From: the human T2T-CHM13v2.0 reference genome, Homo sapiens
DNA length: 64,000 nt
Assembly: GCF_009914755.1 (NCBI RefSeq)
Contig: NC_060936.1
Strand: one strand, 5' to 3'
The stretch's first letter is position 1; each line of letters starts with the position of its first letter. Shown here piece after piece: positions 46,157-62,452 of the stretch. Position numbers and translations under genes: made by a program. The notes under the pieces are model-generated. The model was not told the origin of the DNA. It made no database searches and saw nothing but the letters and a program-made list of their open reading frames with translations.

Positions 46157-48171
46157 CTTAACAAAGGCCACATCATAAAAAAGGCTATTAACATGCAAGT
46201 TACTTGAAAAACACATCTTTTCAAATACTAATTATGAAAAACATTTTTGCTTTCATAAAACCAGCCTTTCATGCATTCATTCAACAAATAAGACTGCCTG
46301 TTAGTGTAAAGCTTTGACTCAGTGCACTGAAGGACAAAGTCTGGGAACAAGAAAAATAAGAATATAAATTATTCAAAGGCAAGGGTGACAGTGGCAAGTA
46401 CATGCAATTTAAATAATTCTCATTCCCAGTTTCCATATCTTTAAAATGGTGCTAAAGAAAACCTCATCTTGTTGTAGAGAATAAAGTAAAACATATGTAA
46501 AAGCAGTTTGAAAACTACACTTATAAAATTGAAAAGTATTCTTATGACTAACAGGTATACAGAGAGTTATTTTGCAAGCTTGGAAGAAGGAGAGATTACT
46601 TTCAACAGTGAGGAGCAAGTAAAATATTTATAGAGTAGGTGGTATTCAAATCTGTGCTCAAAGGATTTTTACCATTCAGAGAAGATATTCCAAGAAGAGG
46701 GAAATGCAGGTACAAGATAGGGGATTGAAAGAGCATTGGATGGACAACAAGTTCAGTGGGCCCTGGAAAGACTCCAAGAAGAGGTGGTGAAGAAAATGAG
46801 AATGTGAAAGAAGGCTAGAGCCTATGCTAAAGAGTTTGGACATCATTCTAGGAGAAATGGAAAACTCCTAAAAGTTTTTGAGAAGGGCTGTGGCTATAAA
46901 GAATATAATTTTGAAAATTAACCTGGTATCGGAGAAAAAAACATAAAGAGGATACCATTTTGGCAACAATTAACACAATTCAATAAATTGAAGTCCTGGC
47001 AGAGTGTTTATAGAATAGATGGCATCTAAATTTGTGGCCAAAGGATTTTAACATTCAAGGGAAGATATCCCAAAAAGAAGGAAATGAAGGTGCAAGATAG
47101 GGAGCTGAATGGGCACTGGATGGGCCAACAAGGTCAGTGGGCCCTGGAAATGTAGAGAAGATCCAATAAATATTTTATAAGCTAACTTACTTAGTAATGA
47201 TTAAAATTGGAGGCAAGGAGAGGAAAGAGGAGAGAGTCTCACAGAGGGAGAATGGCAGTCCAGAACAGGTGAATTTGAATGAAGAATTGTTAAAAATAAT
47301 TTACATATAATTAGTACAAAATGCTGGTAGATCATTCAGGCAATTCTTGCAGGCACTAGAATTGTAGAACTGAGGTTTAGCAAAGGTCAGTGCTACATAA
47401 GCAGATACGAAAGCAATTTCTGTGATAACGACCTCTCCTCCATTTTCACAGGGGAAAGCTAAAAAGAAGAGCACCATCTACATTTAAGAAGAATTCATAG
47501 AAAGAGTGGTTAATTCTTGGGATGTATAGACTCTTGGATCTTCTCTTTTTGGTTCACCTTCTCTAAGATGCTCATAGACTCCATTAGCTCCACTGGAATC
47601 TCTAATCCATTGCCTCTACCACTTTTTCACTGTTCATCCACCTCCTCCCACCTTCATTTCTTCCTTTCCCAGGTTAGATTTCACAGTTCATCACCCTTAT
47701 CACTAACTTATATACCTCCACTTCCTCTATCCTCCTCTTCCTCTAAAAAGCTCAGCTGGCTAAATCATAGTTCCAGTGAAACTCAACTTTCCATTTATTC
47801 TGTGCTAGCAATACGAGCAGCTGAACCTTATCAGAGAAAAACACACATGGGCTCAAATTTATCAACATAATTTTAAAATAGACTCCAGATTGTGAATTTT
47901 AGCTCCAGATTGACTACAAGAACAAACCAGCAATCCCAAGAGGACCCACAGACCCTGTGAAGGGAGCGATCTGCTCCTGTACGACCTGGGAGACACCCCA
48001 AATACGGTGAGTGCCCCAATTGCGCAAGCGGGAAAGGGAGACACTCCTTTCAGAAACAAGACCTATAAAACAAAAATGCAAGTTTAAAAGCAAAAACAAA
48101 AAACAAAACCAAAGTATACAGGCAACAAAGAGCATGATGAAAGCAATGGTACCTCACATTTCAATACTAAC

Positions 48172-48585
48172 TGTCAGGCCTCTGAGCCCAAGCTAAGCCA
48201 TCATATCCCCTGTGACCTGCACGTACACATCTAGATGGCCGGTTCCTGCCTTAACTGATGACATTCCGCCACAAAAAAAGTGAAAATGGCCTGTTCCTGC
48301 CTTAACTGATGACATTATCTTGTGAAATTCCTTCTCCTGGCTCATCCTGGCTTAAAAGCTCTCCTACTGAGCACCTTGTGACCCCCCACTCCTGCCTGCC
48401 AGAGAACAACCCCTCTTTGACGGTGATTTTCCTTTACCTACGCAAATCTTATAAAACGGCCCTACCCCTATCTCCCTTCGCTGACTCTCTTTTCGGACTC
48501 AGCCCACCTGCACCCAGGTGATTAAAGAGCTTTATTGCTCACACAAAGCCTGTTTGGTGGTCTCTTCATATGGACGAGAGTGAAA
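48172..48585 (+). promoter_or_regulatory. HERV-H 5' LTR (LTR7)
   Basis: tgtcaggcctctgagcccaag...gagtgaaa; TATAAAA and ATTAAA present. Confidence 0.95.
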
Positions 48586-48587
48586 TC

Positions 48588-48605
48588 TGGTGCCGTGACT
48601 TGGAT
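48588..48605 (+). other. Primer-binding site for tRNA-His
   Basis: tggtgccgtgacttggat, one mismatch to TGGTGCCGTGACTCGGAT. Confidence 0.93.
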
Positions 48606-51600
48606 CAGGGGACCTCCCTTGGGAGATCAATCCCCTGTCCTGCTTTTTGTTCCATGAGAAAGATTCACCTACGACCTCTGGTCCTCAGACCAACCAGCCC
48701 AAGGAACATCTCACCAATTTTAAATCTGGTAAGCGGCCTCTTTTTACTCTCTTCTCCAACCTCTCTCACTATCCCTCAACCTCTTTCTCCTTTCAATCTT
48801 GGTGCCACACTTCAATCTCTCCCTTCTCTTAATTTCAGTTCCTTTTCTTTTCTAGTAGAGACAAAGGAGACGCGTTTTATCCATTGACCCAAAACTCCGG
48901 TGCTGGTCACTGACTTGGGAAGACAGTCTTCCCTTGGTGTTTAATCACGTGGGGATGGCTGCCTGATTATTCACCCATGTTTCAGAGGTGTCTGACCATG
49001 CAAGGACGCCTGCCTTGGTCCTTCACCCTTAGCGGCAAGTACCGCTTTTCTGGAGGGCAAGAAACCCCCAACCCCTTCTCTCCGTGTCTCTACCCCTTCT
49101 CCGCTTTTCTGGGAGGCAAGAATCCCCCGACCCTTCTCTCCATGTCTACCCCTTCTCCACTTTTCTGCGGGGCAAGAAACCCCCAGCCCCTTCTCCTTCA
49201 CCCTTAGCAGCAAGTACCACTTTTCTAGAGGGCAAGAATCCCCCAACCCTTCTCTCCGTGTCTCTACCCCTTCTCCACTTTTCTGGGGCGCAAGAACCCC
49301 CCACCCCTTCTCTCTGTGTCTCTACTCTCTCTTTTCTCTGGGCTTGCCTCCTTCACTATGGGCAAGCTCCCGCCCTCCATTCCCTTCTTCTCCCTTAGCC
49401 TGTGTTCTTAAAAACCTAAAACCTCTTCAACTCACACCTGACCTAAAACCTAAATGCCTTTTCTTCTGCAATCCTGCTTGACCCCAATACAAACTTGACA
49501 GTAGTTCCAAATAGCCAAAAAATGGCAGTTTCAATTTTTCCATCCTACAAGACCTAAATAATTCTTGTCACAAAATAGGCAAACGGTCTGAGGTGCCTGA
49601 CGTCCAGGCATTCTTTTACACATCAGTCCCTCCCTAGTCTCTGTTCCCAGTGCAACTCATCCCAAGTCTTCCTTCTTTCCCTCCCGCCTGTCCCCTCAGT
49701 CCCAACCCCACGCGTCGCTGAGTCTTCCTAATCTTTCTTTTCTACAGACCCATCTGACCTCTCCCCTCCTCACCAGGCCGAGCTAGGTCACAATTCTTCC
49801 TCAGCCTCCACTCCTCCACCCTATAATCATTTTATCACCTCCCCTCCTCACACCCGGTCCGGCTTACAGTTTCGTTCCGCGACTAGCCCTCCCCGACCTG
49901 CCCAGCAATTTCCTCTTAAAAAGGTGGCTGGAGCTAAAGGCATAGTCAAGGTTAATGCTCCTTTTTCTTTATCCCAAATCAGATAGTGTTTAGGCTTTTT
50001 TCATCAAATAAAAAACGCAGCCCAGTTCATGGCTCATTTGGCAGCAACCCTGGGATGCTTTACAGCCCTAGACCCTAAAAGGTCAAAAGGCCGTCTTACA
50101 CTCAATATACATTTTATTACCCAATCCGCTCCGGACATTAAATAAAACTTCAAAAATTAAATTCCAGCCCTCAAACCCCACAACAGGACTTAATTAACCT
50201 CGCCTTCAAGGTGTACAATAATAAAGTAGAGGCAGCCAAGTAGCAATGTATTTCTGAGTTGCAATTCCTTGCCTCCACTGTGAGACAAACCCCAGCCATA
50301 TCTCCAGCACACAAGAACTCCAAACGCCTGAACTGCAGCTGCTGGGGTTACTCTAGAACCTCCTCCCCCAGGAGCTTGCTACAAGTGCCAGAAATCTGGC
50401 CACTGGGCCAAGGAATGCCTACAGCCCAGGATTCCTCCTAAGCTGTGTCCCATCTGTGCAGGACCCCACTGAAAATTGGACTGTTCAACTGACCTGGCAG
50501 CCACTTTCAGAGCCCCTGGAACTCTGGCCCAAGGCTCTCTGACTGACTCCTTCCCAGATCTTCTCAGCTTAGCGGCTGAAGACTGACACTGCCCAATTGC
50601 CTCGGAAGCCTACGGGACCATCACAGATGCTCTGGGTAACTCTCACAGTGGAGAGTAAGTCTGTCCCCCTCTTAATCAATACGGAGCCTACCCATTCCAC
50701 ATTACCTTCTTTTCAAGGGCCTGTTTCCCTTGCCCCCATAACCGTTGGAGGTATTGACGGCCAGGCTTCTAAACCTCTTAAAACTCCCCAACTCTGGTGC
50801 TAATTTAGACAGTACTCTTTTAAGCACTCCTTTTTAGTTATCCCCACCCGCCCAGTTCACTTATTAGGCCGAGACACTTAAACTAAATTATCTGCTTCCC
50901 TGCCTATTCCTGGGCTACAGCCACACCTCAATGCCGCCTTTTCCCCCAGTTCAGAGCCTCCTTCACATCCTCCCTTTGTATCTCCCCATCTTAACCCACA
51001 AGTATAGGACACCTCTACTCCCTCCTTAGCAACTGATCATGCACCCCTTACCATCCCATTAAAACCTAATCACTCTTACCCCGCTCAATGCCAATATCCC
51101 ATCCCATGGCATGCTTTAAAAGGATTAAAGTCTGTTATCACTCGCCTGCTACAGCATGGCCTTTTAAAGCCTATAAACTCTCCTTACAATTCCCCAATTT
51201 TACCTGTCCTAAAACCAGACAAGGTTTACAGGTTAGTTCAGGATCTGCGCCTTATCAACCAAATTGTTTTGCCTATCCACCCCATGGTGCCAAACCCATA
51301 CACTCTCCTATCCTCAATACCTCCCTCCACAACCCATTATTCTGTTCTGGATCTCAAACATGCTTTCTTTACTATTCCTTTGCACCCTTCATCCCAGCCT
51401 CTCTTCGCTTTCACTTGGACTGACCCTGACACCCATCAGGTTCAGCAAATTACCTGGGCTATACTGCCGCAAAGCTTCACAGACAGCCCCCATTACTTCA
51501 GTCAAGCCCAAATTTCTTCCTCATCTGTTACCTATCTCGGCATAATTCTCATAAAGACACGTGCTCTCCCTGCTGATCGTGTCCGGCTAATCTCCCAAAC

Positions 51601-52389
51601 CCCAATCCCTTCTACAAAACAACAACTCCTTTCCTTCCTAGGCATGGTTAGTGTGGTCAGAATTCTTACACAAGAGCCGGGACCACACCCTGTAGCCTTT
51701 CTGTCCAACTTGACCTTACTGTTTTAGCCTAGCCCTCATGTCTGCATGCAGCGGCTGCCGCTGCTTTAATACTTTTAGAGGCCCTAAAAATCACAAACTA
51801 TGCTCAATTCACTCTCTACAGTTCTCATAACTTCCAAAATCTATTTTCTTTCTCCCACCTGATGCATATACTTTCTGCTCCCTGGCTCCTTCAGCTGTAC
51901 TCACTTCTTGTTGAGTCTCCCACAATTACCATTGTTCCTGGCCCAGACTTCAATCCAGCCTCCCACAGTATTCCAGATACCACACCTGACCCCCATGACT
52001 GTATCTCTCTGATCCACCTGACATTCACCCCATTTCCCCATATTTCCTTTCCTGTTCCTCACCCTGAACACATTTGGTCTATTGATGGCAGTTTCACCAG
52101 GCCTAATCGCCACACACCACCAAAGGCAGGCTATGCTATAGTACAAGCCACCAGCCCACCTCTTAGAACCTCTCATTTCCTTTCCATTGTGGAAATCTAT
52201 CCTCAAGGAAATAACTTCTCAGTGTTCCATCTGCTATTCTACTACTCCTCAGGGATTATTCAGTCCCCCTCCCTTCCCTACACATCAAGCTCGAGAATTT
52301 GCCCCCGCCCAGGACTGGCAACTCTTAACTCCCTCTTAGAGTGGATAGATGATCTCTGCTGGCAGGGGACCCTCCAATACTTCCACCCT

Positions 52390-53760
52390 GATGAAGTTCT
52401 ATTGTTTAGTTTTATACTCACTCTTATTATCATTCCCATTCTTATGCCACCCTCTACCTCTCCCCAGCTATCTCCACCATACTATCAACTTTACTCATTC
52501 TCTCCTAGCCGTTTCTAATCCCTCCTTAGCGAACAACCGCTGGCTTTGCATTTCCCTTTCTTCCAGTGCCTACACAGCTGTCCCCGCCTTACATGCAGAC
52601 TAGGCAACATCTCCTGTCTCCCTATACCTCCGAACTTCCTTTAACAGCCCTCACCTTTACCCTCCTGAAGAACTCATTTACTTTCTAGACAGGTCCAGCA
52701 AGACCTCCCCAGACATTTGACATCAGCAAGCTGCCACCCTCCTCCGCACTTACTTAAAACACCTTTCTCCTTATATCAACTCTACTCCCCACATATTTGG
52801 ACCCCTCACAACACAAACTACTATTCCTGTGGCTGCTCCTTTATGTATCTCTCGTCAAAGACCCATTGGAATTCCCCTGGGTAACCTTTCACCTTCTCGA
52901 TGTTCCTTTACTCTTCATCTCCAAAGCCCTCTTCTTGTTTACTTATACCCAGCCCCGAAAATAACAGTGAAAGGTTGGTCGTAGACACTCGACGTTTTCT
53001 CACACACCATGAAAATCGAACCTCCCCCTCTACACAGTTACCTCATCAGTTCCCGTTACAACCTCTGACGGCTGCCGCCCTAGCTGGATCCCTAGGAGTC
53101 TAGGTACAAGACACCTTTTTCAGCACTCCTTCTCATCTTTTTAGTTTGCATCTCCAGTTTTGCCTCGCACAAGGTCTCTTCTTCCTCTGTGGATCCTCTA
53201 CCTACATGTGTCTACCTGCTAATTGGGCAGGTACATGCACACTAGTTTTCCTTACTCCCAAAATTCAATTTGCAAATAGGACCGAAGAGCTCCCTGTTCC
53301 CCTCTGACACCGACACGACAAAAAAGAGTTATTCCACTAATTCCCGTGCTTGTCAGTTTAAGACTTTCTGCCTCCACTATTGCTCTCAGTATTGGAATAG
53401 CAGGCATTTCAACCTCTGTCACGACCTTCCATAGCCTCTCTAATGACTTCTCTGCTAGCATCACAGACATCCCACAAACTTTATCAGTCCTCCAGGCCCA
53501 AGTTGACTCTTTAGCTGCAGTTGTCCTCCAAAACCGCCGAGGCCTTGACTTACTCACTGCTGAAAAAGGAGGACTCCGTATATTCTTAAATGAAGAGTGT
53601 TGTTTTTACCTAAATCAATCTGGCCTAGTGTATGACAACATAAAAAACTCAAGGATAGAGCCCAAAAACTTGCCAACCAAGCAAGTAATTACGCTGCACC
53701 CCCTGGGGCACTCTCTAATTAGATGTCCTAGGTCCTCCCAATTCTTAGTCCTTTAATACC
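52390..53760 (+). pseudogene. HERV-H env remnant (SU and TM), interrupted by stops/frameshifts
   Basis: Furin site RQKR|VIPLIP (~53316-53345), fusion peptide, ISD LQNRRGLDLLTAEKGGL; CX6CC degenerated to RIFLNEECC. Confidence 0.85.
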
Positions 53761-54066
53761 TGTTTTTCTCCTTCTCTTATTCTGTTTAGTTTTTCAATTC
53801 ATACAAAACCATATCCAGGCCATCACCAATAATTCTACACGACAAAATGTTTCTTCTAACAACCCCACAATATCACCCCTTACCATAAAATCTTCCTTCA
53901 GCTTAATCTCTCCCACTCTAGGTTCCCATGCTGCCCCTAATCCCGCTTGAAGCAGCCCTGAGAAACATCGCCCATTATCTCTCCATACCACCCCCAAAAA
54001 TTTCGCTGTCCCAAAACTTTACCACTATTTCATTTTATTTTTCTTATTAATATAAGAAGACAGGAA

Positions 54067-55386
<1,320 letters not shown>

Positions 55387-56636
55387 TCACAATCCTAAAC
55401 ATACATGCACCTAACACTGGAGCTCCCAAATTTATAAAAACAATTACTAATAGATCTAAGAAACAAGACAGACAGTAACACAACAATAATGGAGGACTTC
55501 AATACTCCATTGACAGCACTAGACAGGTCACCAAGACAGAAAGTCAACAAAGAAACAATGGATTTAAACTATACCTTGGAAGAAATGGACTTAACAGGTA
55601 TATACAGAACATTCCATCCAACAACTGCAGAATACACATTCTATTCAACAGCACATGGAACTTTCTCCAAGATAGATCATACGATAGGCCATAAAATGAG
55701 CCTCAATACATTTAAGAAAATTGAAATTTTATCCAGCACTCTCTCACACCAAAGTGGAATAAAACTGGAAATCAACTCCAAAAGAAATCTTCAAAACCAT
55801 GCAAGTACATGGAAATTAAGTAACCTGCTGAATGAGCATTGGGTCAAAAACGAAATCAAGATGAAAATTGAAAAATTCTTCCAACTGAATGACAGTAATG
55901 AAATTTCCTATCAAAACCTCTGGGATACAGCAAAGATGGTGCTAACGGGAAAGTTCATAGCCCTAAATGCCTACATCAAAAAATCTGAAAGAGCACAAAC
56001 AGGCAATCTAAGGTCACACCTCAAGTAACTAGAAAAACAAGAGCAAACCAAACCCAAACCCAGCAGAAGGAAGGAAATAACCAAGATCAGAACAGAATTA
56101 AATGAAATTGAATCAAAAAAATGCAAAAGATAAATGAAACAAAAAGCTGGTTCTTTGAAAAGATAAATAAAATTGATAGATCATTAATAAGATTAACCAA
56201 GAAAAGAAGATAGAAAATCCAAATAATCTCACTAAGAAATGAAATGGGAGATATTACAACTGACGCCACTGAAATACAAAAGACATTCAAGGCTACTATG
56301 AACACCTTTATGCACATAAACTAGAAAACCTAGAAGAGATGGATAAACTCCTGGAAAAATACAACCCTCCTACCTTAAATCAGCAAGAATTAGATCTCCA
56401 AACAGACCAATAACAAGCAATGAGATTGAAATGGTAATTTAAAAATTACCAGAAAAAAAAGTCCAGGACCACACAGATTCACAGCAGAATTCTACAAGAC
56501 ATTCAAAGAAGAATTGGTACCAATTCTATTGACACTATTCCACAAGATAGAGAAAGAAGGAACCCTCCCTAATTCATTCTATGAAGCCAGCATCACCCTA
56601 ATACCAAAATCAGGAAAGGACATAACCAAAAAATAA

Positions 56637-56810
<174 letters not shown>

Positions 56811-58694
56811 TAAAAACAAAAATCACATGATCATCTGAATACATGCAGAAAAAAGATTTGACAAAATCCAGCATCCCTTTATGATTAAAACTCTCAGCAA
56901 AATCAGCATAAAAGGGACATATCTTAATGTAATAACAGCCATCTATGACAAACCCACAGCCAACATAATACTGAATAAAGAAACGTTGAAAGCATTCCCT
57001 CTGAGAACTGGAACAAGACAAGGATGCCCACTCTCACCACTCCTCTTCAACATGGTACTGGAAGTGCTAGGCAGAGCAATCAGACAAGAGAAAGAAATAA
57101 AGGGCATCCAAATTGGTAAAGAGGAACTCGAACTGTCACTGTTTGCTGGCAATATGATAGTTTACCCTGAAAACCCTAGAAAGCTCCTAGAATTGATAAA
57201 AGAACTTAGCAGTTTCAGGATACAAGATTAATGTACACAACTCAGTAGTTCTTCTATACACCAAAAGCAACCAAGCAGAGAATCAAATCAAGAGCTCAAC
57301 TCCTTTTACAATAGCTGCAAAAATAAAATAAAATACTTAGGAATATACCTAACCAAGGAGGTGACAGACCTCTATAAGGAAAACTACAAAACACTGCTGA
57401 ATGAAATCACAGACAACACAAACAAATGGAAACACATCTCATGTTCATGGATGGGTAGAATCAATATTGTGAAAATAACCATACTGCCAAAAGCAATCTA
57501 CAAATTCAATACAATCCCCATCAGAATACCAACATCATTCTTCCCAGAATTAGAAAAAACAATTCTAAAATTCATACAGAACCAAAAAAGAGTCCACATA
57601 GCCAAAGCAAGACTAAGCAAAAAGAACAAATCTGGAGGCATTACACTAGCTGATTTCAAACTATACTATAAGACCATAGTCACCAAAACAGTGTGGTACT
57701 GGTATAAAAATAGGCTCATAGATCAATGGAACAGAATAGAGAACCCAGAAATAAACCCAAATACTTACAACTAACTGATCTTCGACAAAGCAAACAAAAA
57801 CATAAAGTGGGGAAAGGACATCCTTTTCAACAAATGGTGCTGGGATAATTGGCTAGCTACATGTAGGAGAATGAAACTGGATCCTCATCTCTCACCTTAT
57901 ACAAAAATCAACACAAGATGGATTAAGGGCTTAGACCTAAGACCTGAAACTATAAAAATTCTAGATGATAACACTAGAAAAACTGTTCTAGACATTGGCT
58001 TAGGCAAGGATTTCATGACCAAGAACACAAAAGCAAATGCAATAAAAACAAAGATAAATAGCTGGGACCTAATTAAAGACCTTTTGCATGGCAAAAGAAA
58101 CAGTCAGCAGAGTAAACAGACAACCCACAACGTGAGAGAAAATCTTCACAATGTATACATCTGACAAAGGACTAATATCCAGAATCTGCAACGAACTCAA
58201 GCACATCAGTAAGAAAAAAACAAACAAACCCATCAAAAAGTGGGCTAAGGACATGAATACACAATTCTCAAAAGAAGATATACAAATGGCCAATAAACAT
58301 ATGAAAAAATGCTCAGTATCACTAATGATCTGGGAAATGCAAATCAAAACCACAGTGTGATACTACTTTACTCCTGCAAGAATGGCCATAATCAAAAAAT
58401 AAAAAGAAACACTAAATGTTGGCATGGATATGGTGAACAGGAAAAACTTCCAGAAGGCAGGTGGGAATGCAAACTAGTACAGCCACTATGGAAAACAGTG
58501 TAGAGATTCCTTAAATAAATAAAAGTAGAACTATCATTTGATCCAGCAATCCCACTACTGGGTATCTAACCAGAGGAAAAGAAGGTATTATTCAAAAAAG
58601 ACACTTGCACACACATGTTTATAGCAGCACAATTCACAATTGCAAAATCGTGGAACCAACCCAAATGCCCATCAATCAACAAGTAGATAAACTG

Positions 58695-60012
58695 TGATAT
58701 ATATATATACACACACACATGCACACACAAATCATATATATACACACATCATATATATACACACACATCATATATATACATCATATATATACCACATCAT
58801 ATATATATACATCATATGTATACCACATCATATATATATACACCACATCATTCATATATATACCACATCATATATATGGAATATATATATCATATATAAT
58901 CATATATATGGAATACATATATCATATATATGGAATACATATATCATATACATGGAATACATATATCATATACATGGAATACATATCTCATATATTTATG
59001 GAATATATATATCATATATATATCATATATTGGCCATTTGTATATCTTCTTTTGAGAATTGTGTATTCATGTCCTTAGCCCACTTTTTGATGGGTTTGTT
59101 TTTTTCTTACTGATGTGCTTGAGTTTGTTGCAGATTCTGGATATTAGTCCTTTGTCAGATGTATACATTGTGAAGATTTTCTCTCACGTTGTGGGTTGTC
59201 TGTTTACGCTGCTGACTGTTTCTTTTGCCATGCAAAATTTCTTTAATTAGGTCCCAGCTATTTATCTTTGTTTTTATTGCATTTGCATTTGTATCATATA
59301 TGATATATATATGATATATATATCCCATATATATGATATATATATGATATATATATCCCATATATATGATATATATATGATATATATATCCCATATATAT
59401 GATATATATATGATATATATATGATATATATATCCCATATATATGATATATATATGATATATATGATATATATGGGATATATATATCATATATATATCAT
59501 ATATATGGGATATATATATCATATATATCATATATATGGGATATATATATCATATATATCATATATATGGGATATATATATCATATATATCATATATATG
59601 GGATATATATATCATATATATCATATATATGGGATATATATATCATATATATCATATATATGGGATATATATATCATATATATCATATATATGGGATATA
59701 TATATGATATATATATCATATATATGGGATATATATATGATATATATATCATATATATGGGATATATATATGATATATATATCATATATATGGGATATAT
59801 ATATGATATATATATCATATATATGGGATATATATCATATATATGGGATATATATATGATATATATATCATATATATGGGATATATATCATATATATGGA
59901 ATATATATATCATATATATGGAATATATATATCATATATATATGGAATATAGATATCATATATATGGAATATATATATCATACATATGGAATATATATAT
60001 CATATATATATA
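58695..60012. repeat. Complex (TA)-rich minisatellite (ATATATC/ATATGG units) with an embedded inverted L1 copy
   Basis: Low-complexity arrays at 58695-59027 and 59293-60012, inside the L1 3' region. Confidence 0.92.
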
Positions 60013-60624
60013 TGATGGAATACTACACGGCCATAAAAAGGAATGAATTAACAGCATTTGCAGTGACCTGGATGAGACTAGAGACTATTATTCTAAGTGA
60101 TGTAACTCAGGAATGGAAAACCAAATATTGTATGTTCTCACTGATGTGTGGGAGCTAAGCTATGAGGACACAAAGGCATAAGAATGACACAATGAACTTT
60201 GGGGACTTGTGGGGAAGAGTGGAAGGAGGGCAAGGGATAGAAGACTACAAATACGGTGCAGTGTATACTGCTCGGGTGATGGGTGAACCAAAATCTCACA
60301 AATCACCACTAAAGAACTTACTCAGGTAACCAAATACCACCTGTACCTCAATAAGTTATGAAAAAATAAAATTTAAAAAATAAATTAAAAAAATAGACTC
60401 TAAGCACTGTCCAGAATTCCCACAACTATTTCATTCTCACTTCAAACCTCCAAAATCCTCTCTTCCACTCTACTCTCAGCTGCTGACTTTACCTCTTATG
60501 TCACTGAAAAAATAGAAGTTTTCAGAAGAGAAAAATCTTTACACACCAAATCTTTGAGCCTATCTATATTTTTGTCTGCCTTCCTTCCCATTGCAGTGGA
60601 TGAACTATATGTTTTGCTTTTAAA

Positions 60625-60921
<297 letters not shown>

Positions 60922-61049
60922 TGAAAACTTTTTATCATGAGTTTAAATAGCTGTGAATATTGTCCTTTCAAGTATATGATCCTTAAAATAAAACTTTCAC
61001 AGTACTCTTTGAAGTATATCCATCACTGCTTAAGATATATCCAATAGAA

Positions 61050-61421
<372 letters not shown>

Positions 61422-62125
61422 TTAATCTGTTTTCTATTTGAGTTCATATTTCCACGCCACTTCCCTCACAGAATCTTATCCTAATGTAATATACTTGAAA
61501 AACTTTTGTTGATCCTTTTATATTTGTTATAAAAATATGAATAAAAATTTAAATTAAAAAATTTATTTCCTTTGTCTCTAAGTATTAAAAATTCTGCTCT
61601 AGATTGAGTTAATCTTATTTTCAGTACACAACTGAATAAAGTAACATATTATAAATTTTGATAACTAAATGTTAAACATAAAAACTAAAATTTTCCTGGA
61701 TGTACATCTCTTGATGAAATGTTGGGCTTTTTCTTTTTTCTGGTTAGCTCATAATCCATGGATAAATGCTAGCTAGTGCTGAATGAAACAGAAATTCAGA
61801 TTAATTCTATTTTTATTTTTTAATTTTTATAAATATGTGAGAGAGAAACCTGGTTTATATTTAAAAATCAATCAGAATAGGTTATAGTAACATCATGCAA
61901 TTCTTTGAATTCCTTCACCTCCTATGCCAAAAATTATATGCTGATTTACAATAAAAATTACCCCTACAGATAATCTCTGACTTTTGTGATCATTTCCTTG
62001 TTTTTCTTTATAGTTTTCTTACGTATATATATGAAAAATATAGATTTTTGAACTTTCCATAAATTTAATGACTTTATGTATATTATTGTGATTTGCTTTT
62101 TTTAATTGTGACAAAGTATACATAA

Positions 62126-62452
<327 letters not shown>

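Noticed and set aside
49030-49330. Regular repeats of ~50-60 nt resembling an array
   Set aside because: Tandem repeats of the HERV-H leader with no unique spacers; not CRISPR.
51862-52518. 218-aa ORF
   Set aside because: Deleted HERV-H pol (RNase H remnant) running into the env start; not a separate gene.
59421-60158. 245-aa Ile/Tyr-rich ORF and overlapping ORFs
   Set aside because: Translation of the TA-rich minisatellite running into the L1 ORF2 tail.
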